Shown here in pieces: positions 56,533-64,000 of a DNA stretch of 64,000 nt. A program made the translations under genes and the position numbers. Within the stretch, counting starts at the first letter, position 1. Each line of letters starts with the position of its first letter. The stretch is taken from sequence record MZ622713.1; one strand, written 5' to 3'. A model generated the notes under the pieces. It did not search any database. It was not told the origin of the DNA and saw nothing but the letters and a program-made list of their open reading frames with translations.

Positions 56533-57243
56533 ATGTCTCAACAAAACTCAAACGCACGTGTAAAAACTCCACTGAACGATTTCTACGCTGTTCACCCAAC
56601 AACTGCTCAACCAGTGGAAGGTGCTAAGTTCCCGGGCCAAATGCTGTGGGAATTCGCTAACAACGGTAAAGTGCTTTTCAAAGCTGATGACAAGCGTTAC
56701 AACCCGAACGACCAGCAAGCTTACAAAAAGAAAGAATGTGAGATGGAAGCAGCTGACCGTAACATGATCTTCGAATTGTTGCTAGAAGCGGCGAACGATG
56801 AGAACTTCACTAAAGGTCAGTACATCATCAAGAAACAAACGTTCATCCGTCAGAACGGTCAATCTAAACTTTCTGATCAACCTATCGCTCAAGGTCAGTT
56901 CACTGTTATCCGTGACCCTAACGGTGTTATCTCTATGGGTTACACTCGTGGCGATTACAAAATCCTGTTTGTCTTCACTGCACCGGGTCACTCTGAACTA
57001 CGTTTCTTTGAAAACGGTGAGTGGGTTTCTAAAGAAGGCAAGATGTCTCAAATGTGGGTGCGTTCTTACGTGAAACGCATGGGCGGTATCATCAACACGA
57101 AAGAGATGGAAATCTACCAACCACCTAAACCAAAGAACGGCGGTGGTAACGGCGGCTGGGGTAACAACAACAACGGCGGCGGTAACAACAATAACGGTGG
57201 TAACAACTTTGGTGGCGACGATTTCAACGATATTGAATTCTAA
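56533..57243 (+). CDS. chmC: ChmC-like nucleus-associated nucleic-acid-binding protein
   Basis: Sits directly upstream of the gp68-like and PicA genes. Has a G/N-rich disordered tail with an SSB-like acidic end DDFNDIEF. Confidence 0.7.
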   Translation: MSQQNSNARVKTPLNDFYAVHPTTAQPVEGAKFPGQMLWEFANNGKVLFKADDKRYNPNDQQAYKKKECEMEAADRNMIFELLLEAANDENFTKGQYIIKKQTFIRQNGQSKLSDQPIAQGQFTVIRDPNGVISMGYTRGDYKILFVFTAPGHSELRFFENGEWVSKEGKMSQMWVRSYVKRMGGIINTKEMEIYQPPKPKNGGGNGGWGNNNNGGGNNNNGGNNFGGDDFNDIEF

Positions 57244-57265
57244 TCCATCGTTAATAAACGTATGA

Positions 57266-57294
57266 GAAGAGGGGCTTCGGTCCCTCTTCCTTTT
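57266..57294 (+). terminator. UUCG intrinsic terminator
   Basis: GAAGAGGGGC-TTCG-GTCCCTCTTC plus CTTTT. Confidence 0.8.
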
Positions 57295-57306
57295 ATGCTG
57301 TCGTTA

Positions 57307-57334
57307 AAATATTTCAAACCTACATTATCTTAGG
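57307..57334 (+). promoter_or_regulatory. Phage promoter upstream of the nvRNAP gp68-like gene
   Basis: AAATATTTCAAACCTACATTATCTTAGG, near-identical to 47865-47892. Confidence 0.65.
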
Positions 57335-57355
57335 GTAATCCATAGGAGATAAATC

Positions 57356-58930
57356 ATGGAATTCCATATTACCAATAAAACTCGTTCCCAGTTCAAAGGG
57401 ATTGCGGTTATCCATAAGGGTGAGACCGTCACCTTTGCAGCCCACAGCAAGATTCATTGTGGTGATTCCGATGGTGATCTTTTCGTTCACGTTAATGACT
57501 ACTTCCAGTCTATCCCCGATGCTCGATTAGATCGAATGTTTGAGATCTTTAAGACAGTCAAAGGCATCTTAGAACCAGATTATGCGGAGACCGTAGGTAA
57601 AGACGATGAGCTACTACGCAATCATCGAGACTACCGTTATTTGATCGATCGTCTAATCCCATTGGTTCGAGACCTTTATGAACAAGTCGATCTTCGCAAT
57701 TATTCGTACTATCTGAAACAGTCTGGTGTTTGTGCTCCTCCTAAGGGATTACGTGAAACTGTGGCTCGTGGTGAATATCATGCGGAACAGACCATCAACC
57801 CTACTGAGTATGAACAAGTCGCTGAACTCGCTTTGCTAATGCGTCCTAGTTTCCCGATCATTTCGGGTATGATGCAGAAAGCCAAAGAGATTACTGGTGA
57901 CGAATACAAAGAGGTTGTGACTTCTGGTTTGTTTAAAGACTTTGATGCTTTCACTAACCACCATGGTTGGATTAAGATTCGTAATTACATGAATTACTTC
58001 TATTCCACCAATGGAGTGAACTCGCTTCAGTTGTCTTTGATCTCTGAAGACTCTTACGTTAACCATGCTTTCTATTCTGCATTGTTTAGCCGTCTTGGGT
58101 CTACTCACATCCCGTCATTGGACAACAACAAAAACATTGCTAAGTCATTGTACTCGGTCGCTAAGCAATTCTCCGCACCTTCATCCCGTATCCGTGAAAA
58201 GAAACTCACGTCTAAAGATGAGATGAACGAGAAGCGCAGTCTGTATGAAATCTACTTCCTTAAAGAAGAAGTGAGTTCAGCAGATGAAGAAGCTCATGCT
58301 GAGTTCTTTTCAATGGGATTGTTTGACAACCAAGACCGCCCTAAAACCCAAGACCGTTTCACCCATGCGTGTCTCGGACTCGGTATCCATCGTCACGACT
58401 TGGTGGAGTGGGTTTATGATCAGATCCCTAGTAACTGGGAATTTGAACTACAACCTCATATTTACAAACTTCTCCAGCTGGCGTTCAGAGACGATATTTC
58501 GTACAACATCTATCTGTCTTTAGATCACTATCAGTTGATGTCTGCGATGTCTTTAGCCACTGTAAAACTTCACCAGATGGGCTATCCTAAGCTAGCAACA
58601 CTCATCTGTACGGTTTATGATGAAACACAGCCTCGTAGCTTGACTGACGAGATTTTCTCGTTGGATAGTAGCGAAAAGGAAATGTTAGAACAAATCTGTG
58701 CAGTGTATCGTGGACAGTCCGGTCTAAGCACCGACAACGAAGCAGTGATCTCTGCTAATGACTTCTTACGCGAACTCGGTAATGGGCGTTGGTCTTCGAT
58801 CATCGAACCGGGAATGTTAAGTGACCCAGAGCACATGAGAAATGCTGCACAAGGTGACTTATTTGAAGTCGAATTAGATCGCGGTATTAAAACCGAATTT
58901 CTTAACCTAGTTTACCAAGTGAACTCTTAA
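57356..58930 (+). CDS. Non-virion RNA polymerase specificity subunit (phiKZ gp68-like)
   Basis: 524 aa, helical, in the ChmC-gp68-PicA-gp70-gp71 synteny. Size and position only, no motif proof. Confidence 0.7.
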   Translation: MEFHITNKTRSQFKGIAVIHKGETVTFAAHSKIHCGDSDGDLFVHVNDYFQSIPDARLDRMFEIFKTVKGILEPDYAETVGKDDELLRNHRDYRYLIDRLIPLVRDLYEQVDLRNYSYYLKQSGVCAPPKGLRETVARGEYHAEQTINPTEYEQVAELALLMRPSFPIISGMMQKAKEITGDEYKEVVTSGLFKDFDAFTNHHGWIKIRNYMNYFYSTNGVNSLQLSLISEDSYVNHAFYSALFSRLGSTHIPSLDNNKNIAKSLYSVAKQFSAPSSRIREKKLTSKDEMNEKRSLYEIYFLKEEVSSADEEAHAEFFSMGLFDNQDRPKTQDRFTHACLGLGIHRHDLVEWVYDQIPSNWEFELQPHIYKLLQLAFRDDISYNIYLSLDHYQLMSAMSLATVKLHQMGYPKLATLICTVYDETQPRSLTDEIFSLDSSEKEMLEQICAVYRGQSGLSTDNEAVISANDFLRELGNGRWSSIIEPGMLSDPEHMRNAAQGDLFEVELDRGIKTEFLNLVYQVNS

Positions 58931-58983
58931 GTTCATTCACAAATTATCAATCAACGTTTAAAACGAATCAAAGGAACCCAACC

Positions 58984-60462
58984 ATGGCAACTCTATCACT
59001 TTTGCAAGCTACTATCGGTCTATCAAGCCAATACCAAGACCACTACCTACGTGCTCATGCACTGAATCTATCAGCAGGTGATGCCAACCAATTACTAGCT
59101 GGTCGTTTAGGTAATACCAGCCGTGTAGCTCCAACTGACTTGCACGACATCGCAACACGTTCTGGTGGTGTATCTGCACAAGCAGGTGGCATGGCTAACA
59201 TCGAAGACGGTTGGCAGACTTCACGCGGTCTAGCAAGCTTTGAGTTTGCTATTATCGGCGCATCTCCTGTGCAACAACAAACCCTGACTGTTTACGGTTA
59301 CATGTACGGCGGTTCTCCTGTGCAAGCAGGTGGTTCACTTCCAGAAGACGCAATGTTTGTCCCTGTGCGTATGTGGATGGTAGAAACTACTATCGCAACT
59401 GACCATACTGGCTTCCCTGTGGAGCAACGTCAGATGAGTCAATCAGGTACTTACTTGATGAACGATCCAAACTCTATCGGTAACGTAGACGGTCTGCACA
59501 CCATCCGTCCTATGGACGTTATCAACTCAGCATCAGCGTACGCTGCATTTGATGATGACGATCAACCAGCTGGTATGATGGACGGCTTCGGTGGTACTAC
59601 TAGTGCGATGCTTGCTACAGCAGGTATGAACATTTCCAAGGCCAGCAACGCATCAACTGTGAACTATGCTCAGCAAATCCTTGGTGCGGCTACCATGGCT
59701 TCATTTGAAAACCAAATGAAAGGTGACCGTTACGAAGCAATCTCTGCGGCAACTGGTATGTCGACCATTAAAGAAGTATCTTTGGAAGACAACCCATTCA
59801 TTCGTGTAATGCGTCGTTCACTAGGTCATGTTAATATGGCTAACTTCCACGGTTACTCAATGTTGGATATCGCTACGGTATTTGAAAACTTTGCAGCAGT
59901 AACTAACGTGGCCTTGACTGACCAAAGTGCGTACAACGTTGTTGACCACCGTTACACAGCGGACACTATGGGCGGTGCTAACTTCCAAACTCTGATTGCT
60001 AGCGAACTTAACAACCTAGGTAACGCTACAATGGATGGCTACCGTCTGTCTTACCTACACATCCGTGCTACTAATGATGTGCAAACAGGTATGGGTCAAG
60101 TGAACGTTAACGGTCTTCCGGTGGCTTACCAATTAGGTCAATCTGCTCCACTAGTGGACAAAGACCCTGATTGGCAGTTCAACGCTACTCAAGCGGTTGA
60201 ATACCTACTGGGTCAGTTTTACGCGAAATACAACGCAGCGGTTATCCATGACCGTATGATTGTTGATATCGAGCTACAACTTTCTTTGTTCGGTGAATCA
60301 CACATCACAGTATCTATTAACGGTGAACGTGATAAACCACACACAGAAGTCTTTGGTACTATGGCAGGTAACCGTTTCGACCCTACTCTAGTAACCAACC
60401 AAGGTCTAAACCAATCTGTATCTGGTTTCTACAGCAACCTAAAAGAATACATGAACTTCTAG
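58984..60462 (+). CDS. picA: PicA/Imp1-like phage nuclear import factor (phiKZ gp69-like)
   Basis: 492 aa directly downstream of the gp68-like gene; assigned by synteny and size. Confidence 0.65.
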   Translation: MATLSLLQATIGLSSQYQDHYLRAHALNLSAGDANQLLAGRLGNTSRVAPTDLHDIATRSGGVSAQAGGMANIEDGWQTSRGLASFEFAIIGASPVQQQTLTVYGYMYGGSPVQAGGSLPEDAMFVPVRMWMVETTIATDHTGFPVEQRQMSQSGTYLMNDPNSIGNVDGLHTIRPMDVINSASAYAAFDDDDQPAGMMDGFGGTTSAMLATAGMNISKASNASTVNYAQQILGAATMASFENQMKGDRYEAISAATGMSTIKEVSLEDNPFIRVMRRSLGHVNMANFHGYSMLDIATVFENFAAVTNVALTDQSAYNVVDHRYTADTMGGANFQTLIASELNNLGNATMDGYRLSYLHIRATNDVQTGMGQVNVNGLPVAYQLGQSAPLVDKDPDWQFNATQAVEYLLGQFYAKYNAAVIHDRMIVDIELQLSLFGESHITVSINGERDKPHTEVFGTMAGNRFDPTLVTNQGLNQSVSGFYSNLKEYMNF

Positions 60463-60543
60463 CAAAACCGCCGTGGGTAAGAAGTGCACGTCTAACTCAC
60501 GGTTAATCCTCCATTATTGATCAATAACAAGGAACCTTTCCTG

Positions 60544-61959
60544 ATGAATGAACTAAACAAATTGTACGCTGCGATTATGCGTACGTGGAATGCCGTTTAT
60601 GATGACAACGGTAAACTGGAACTAGAACTGGATGGTAACCGCTATCCGATCACATTGGACGGGATGAACGTTTACCTTCCGTTTAATGAAGCATTGGAAA
60701 TGGATACCTCGGACATGGTGTTCTTCCACCCTGCGTGTGAATCGATCATCTCTAAAGAAACTGAGATTTTCCGTATCATCCGTAAACTAAGTAGCTTACA
60801 ACTGTTGACTCACTTCAAGAAGTTTGCACCGGTACTGTTTGATGTAGCGAACAAAAAAGCTAAACGTGGTTTGCGTAATGATTTGCTGGAACGCATCGAA
60901 GTGATCAAATCAGCGAAAGCTTCACATCGTAAAGAAGTAGCGGCTCTGTTTGACCACATGGCGGTTGAAATGGAAGACGACAACCTAGACCGTCGTTTTA
61001 TCCACTTTGACATCAAACGTGGTGGTCGTAGCAAACTAACTGGTGACAAGATCTACTACAGCTGTAAACCAACCTTCCCGTTCTACAACGAATTAGTTCG
61101 TCGTCTGACTCGTACTGAAGGTGAAGCAGCTAACCGTCCTGTTAAGATTCTTGGTAAAGAGTTTTCACGTGGTGCATTGGTCGTAGCTGAAGAGATCTTC
61201 CGTTTCGTACTTCCGGGTGTAGAAGACCCATTGGCGTATGAGCAAGAACAAACATCAGCAGAAGCAGCGCGTTTCTCTGTGTTAGTGAATGTGTACGTGG
61301 CTTTGATCAGCGACATGAACAACCTACAAAACACATTCCGTGCGGAATTTGATAAAGTAGGCGTTTACGAGATCGACACTTCGTTTACCACTATGTTGGA
61401 AGACATTGACGTCATCTACAAACAAGTTCCTCCTATGCCGTACAACTCACAATCAAGTGGTGCTGACTCAGCTCGTGCTGAAATTCAAACCCATCAGATG
61501 GTGAGCGGTTTAATGAACCAAACATCACAAACCAATACAGTTACTCAAAACGTCACACCGACTAACCATATCGGCGCTATGACGACTGAGCAAGTTCCGG
61601 GAGATGGTGGTAATGGTTTTGCTGCTCTAGTGCAAGCATCACTACTACCGGGTGAAACTTGGGTAGGTGTAACACAAGACCCAATGAGTGGTCAGTACAT
61701 CCACACTATCCAAACTCCTAACGGTCCAGCACAAATCCGTTACACACGTCAAGGTAACTTCTTGAGCAAAGAGTCTACCATGATGGGTAACATGATGATG
61801 ATGGGTGGTATGTCCCCTTACGGTTACAACATGACTCAAGCTCAATACGCTGCGATCATGGCGGGTAACCTAAACCCTGCTATTCAGCAACAGCCAGTGT
61901 ACGATACATCAGTAACTCCAACGTACCAGCCTATTACTGAGCCTGCTACTACTTGGTAA
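60544..61959 (+). CDS. phiKZ gp70-like conserved protein with low-complexity Q/M/G/T C-terminus
   Basis: ATG 60544 (the ORF track gives TTG 60517); synteny; tail MMGNMMMMGGMSPYGYNMTQAQY. Confidence 0.6.
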   Translation: MNELNKLYAAIMRTWNAVYDDNGKLELELDGNRYPITLDGMNVYLPFNEALEMDTSDMVFFHPACESIISKETEIFRIIRKLSSLQLLTHFKKFAPVLFDVANKKAKRGLRNDLLERIEVIKSAKASHRKEVAALFDHMAVEMEDDNLDRRFIHFDIKRGGRSKLTGDKIYYSCKPTFPFYNELVRRLTRTEGEAANRPVKILGKEFSRGALVVAEEIFRFVLPGVEDPLAYEQEQTSAEAARFSVLVNVYVALISDMNNLQNTFRAEFDKVGVYEIDTSFTTMLEDIDVIYKQVPPMPYNSQSSGADSARAEIQTHQMVSGLMNQTSQTNTVTQNVTPTNHIGAMTTEQVPGDGGNGFAALVQASLLPGETWVGVTQDPMSGQYIHTIQTPNGPAQIRYTRQGNFLSKESTMMGNMMMMGGMSPYGYNMTQAQYAAIMAGNLNPAIQQQPVYDTSVTPTYQPITEPATTW

Positions 61960-61965
61960 TAGTTT

Positions 61966-61993
61966 CCGGGGGCCTTCGGGTCCTCGGCTTTTT
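61966..61993 (+). terminator. UUCG intrinsic terminator
   Basis: CCGGGGGCC-TTCG-GGTCCTCGG plus CTTTTT. Confidence 0.8.
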
Positions 61994-62022
61994 ATTTAAT
62001 TAACTTTTCGGAGAACCCCACC

Positions 62023-62646
62023 ATGTTTAAGAAACTGAGTTCGTCTGAACTTCAACACTTGAGTCCTAAGGACTTGGAAAGTTACCAGCTAGAACTAATG
62101 AAACATGAAAAGTTCAATGCTGGTGAATACCTAGAGCACAACAAACCAAAGATTCGTCAACCCAATAAACCTTTATATCGTCCAATCTTAAAAGATGAAG
62201 AAGATCCATCTCAAGGTTGGGAGATCGTAGGGATTCTTTCTTCTGAGTTTGAAAAATTCAAAGATGGTGAAGTCACTAATATCGTGAACAGCATTAAAGA
62301 AGAACTTCAACAAGGTGAGTTGGTTGGTGAAGTCGGTGCTCGTCCAGATATCGATTTCTCGATGTACAAGGCGACCCTAGAAGGCGTTAAAGGATACAAG
62401 CAACTTATCCGTGGTCACTTCTCTTTAAAAGAGAATCGTGTTGGGTTCCGAGTGCTCGACATCCGTATGGGACGTTCAGGTGTACACATCACCTTTATCC
62501 CACATGGTCCGCTAGCCGAAATCGTTACTAAATGGATTGAAGATAAAGAAACTTCTTTCCGTATGTACCCGCGTCTAGGTTACGACACTAACTTGCAGCA
62601 AACCTTCATCACTTTTGATTTGGATAAAGAAAACCTGATGCCTTAA
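62023..62646 (+). CDS. Hypothetical protein (207 aa)
   Basis: RBS GGAG. Confidence 0.65.
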   Translation: MFKKLSSSELQHLSPKDLESYQLELMKHEKFNAGEYLEHNKPKIRQPNKPLYRPILKDEEDPSQGWEIVGILSSEFEKFKDGEVTNIVNSIKEELQQGELVGEVGARPDIDFSMYKATLEGVKGYKQLIRGHFSLKENRVGFRVLDIRMGRSGVHITFIPHGPLAEIVTKWIEDKETSFRMYPRLGYDTNLQQTFITFDLDKENLMP

Positions 62647-62654
62647 TAACCCGC

Positions 62655-62680
62655 ACCCACTCCCTACCAAGGGAGTGGGT
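62655..62680. terminator. Bidirectional terminator
   Basis: ACCCACTCCCT-ACCA-AGGGAGTGGGT between convergent genes. Confidence 0.7.
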
Positions 62681-62698
62681 ACGAATTACTATTTATTT

Positions 62699-63019
62699 TT
62701 AACGTTCGATGTTCATACGCTGAACCAACTTATTGACTACTGCGGTGTCAATAATTAGTACCTCCTTCATTTCACCTATATACTGTGATGGATCCTCTAC
62801 GTCATTAAGGAACGCCACAGTCCAGTGCATATGTTGAGGTACGCCAAAGCTCTCCCACAATACTCGATAGAAGTCGTAGCGATGTGCGTGGAGAAAACTT
62901 AGATCTTGAATAGGGTATTTGCCAGCAACAGACAACAAATACTCTTTATTGGAACGAATCATCGTTTTATATTCGTCAGTATAAAACTGTTCCATAGCTT
63001 TTGGTAATTCGATCGCCAT
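62699..63019 (-). CDS. Small conserved protein, possibly LysM/T4 gp53-like baseplate component
   Basis: YDFYRVLWESFGVPQHMHWTVAFLNDVEDPSQY resembles the YG-x(4)-WW-x(4)-N-x(3)-DP pattern of gp53-like LysM proteins. Confidence 0.45.
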   Translation of the reverse strand: MAIELPKAMEQFYTDEYKTMIRSNKEYLLSVAGKYPIQDLSFLHAHRYDFYRVLWESFGVPQHMHWTVAFLNDVEDPSQYIGEMKEVLIIDTAVVNKLVQRMNIER

Positions 63020-63037
63020 AGCTAACCTTTTTGAGTT

Positions 63038-63053
63038 CTATATTACCTGAGTG
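63038..63053 (+). promoter_or_regulatory. Early-type promoter (TATATTAC) for the nvRNAP beta gene
   Basis: CTATATTACCTGAGTG contains TATATTAC at 63039-63046. Confidence 0.6.
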
Positions 63054-63086
63054 TGAACCAACCTAAGTGACATCAAAGGTAGTCCA

Positions 63087-64000
63087 ATGAAAGTCCATAA
63101 AATTGAAAACCAAATATTACCAGAAGTGGGATCTATCGCCATCAACCTTGGCGTAGGTACTCACAACGCGTCGGCTGCGCGTAAATACATGTCTGGTAAC
63201 ATGATCCCTAAGTCATGTCGTGCTAAGGGGATTACCAACCGTCGAATCACCTCTGGTTTTGAACGCCAATACGGGGACCATGCTCGAAAGATTGTGGTGC
63301 CTTGTAACATGGAAGTTGAACTGGTCGTCTATCGAAAAGCCATTAACTCTAACGAGTCAAGAACCGATGATTGGGGAACGATTCATGTCGTCTATTTCGA
63401 TGCTGATATTCAGCGTTATAGCGTCTTACATCTCCCTAAATATCACACCCATAACTTCTACGTAGGTTTTGAGTACGATTACGACAAACAAATGTTGAAC
63501 CGTCTGCGCAAAGGTGCGACTTACGCTAAGGGTGAGGTCTTCGCTAAATCACCGGGTATCGATGAGGAATCTGGTGAGTGGAAATTCGGCTTAGAGACAA
63601 TGGTTGCTGGTATGACTTTATCGTCTACCGAAGAAGATGGTATCATGGTCCGTGATGACTATCTAGAGCGCTTAACCGTAATGTTCGAACACATTCGTAA
63701 ATTCAGCTGGAACGAAGCGGAATACATCCCAGTGAACCTTTACGGAACACTGGATAATCCGAAAGCCTTCCCTGAGAATGGTGAACGTGTTCGTGATGAT
63801 GGTTTGGTTATGGCATTCCGTCGTCGTGATGGTAATTCTGGATTAGCTTCATTAACTAAGAGAGCGTTAATGAAACCAGACCTACTTTACGATGTGAAGT
63901 TCTATGCCCCACCTAACTCTATCGTTAAGAACATTGAGGTGCGCTCAGAGCGTCTTAAAGACCGTTCTAACAACCGTCGTGTAGAGAAACCTAGTTATGC
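63087..64000 (+). CDS. Non-virion RNA polymerase beta subunit, C-terminal part (phiKZ gp71-73-like); runs off the window (not in the ORF track)
   Basis: ATG 63087 with RBS AAGGT and an open frame to the end. NASAARKYM (fork/SSQR-M-like), TEEDGI (EDAI-like) and NLYG..PKAFPENGERVRDDGLVMAFRR motifs. Confidence 0.88.
   Translation, partial: MKVHKIENQILPEVGSIAINLGVGTHNASAARKYMSGNMIPKSCRAKGITNRRITSGFERQYGDHARKIVVPCNMEVELVVYRKAINSNESRTDDWGTIHVVYFDADIQRYSVLHLPKYHTHNFYVGFEYDYDKQMLNRLRKGATYAKGEVFAKSPGIDEESGEWKFGLETMVAGMTLSSTEEDGIMVRDDYLERLTVMFEHIRKFSWNEAEYIPVNLYGTLDNPKAFPENGERVRDDGLVMAFRRRDGNSGLASLTKRALMKPDLLYDVKFYAPPNSIVKNIEVRSERLKDRSNNRRVEKPSY

Noticed and set aside
63220-63465. 81-aa ORF listed in the track
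   Set aside because: It is an alternative frame inside the nvRNAP beta gene that starts at 63087 and runs off the window.

Overview
This window is part of a nucleus-forming jumbo phage genome (phiKZ-like, Chimalliviridae). The host is probably a gammaproteobacterium, possibly Vibrio, but that cannot be proven from the sequence. Left to right it holds: three very large Ig-like-repeat virion proteins (1359+, 3522 and 1825 aa); large terminase with a class 3 intein; thymidylate kinase and two probable virion genes; an accessory block (about 27-37 kb) with a tandem paralog array and two related non-coding islands; three coupled genes built almost entirely of AraC/MarA-type DNA-binding domains (7 in total); a ~570-nt highly structured non-coding RNA candidate; and then the conserved nucleus core. 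That core comprises PhuZ tubulin, the palm subunit of the split family B DNA polymerase, chimallin, the nvRNAP beta-prime subunit with NADFDGD, an SbcD/Mre11-like nuclease, ChmC, the gp68-like nvRNAP subunit, PicA/Imp1, a gp70-like protein and the start of the nvRNAP beta subunit. The best candidates for undescribed systems are: (1) the AraC-domain array plus the large structured RNA with C-rich anti-Shine-Dalgarno-like loops, directly upstream of phuZ; and (2) an Ig repeat split between the C-terminus of one fibre protein and the shared N-terminus of two alternative giant fibre proteins, suggesting strand-complementation plug-and-socket assembly. All homolog assignments rest on motifs, size and synteny recalled from the literature; no database search was run.
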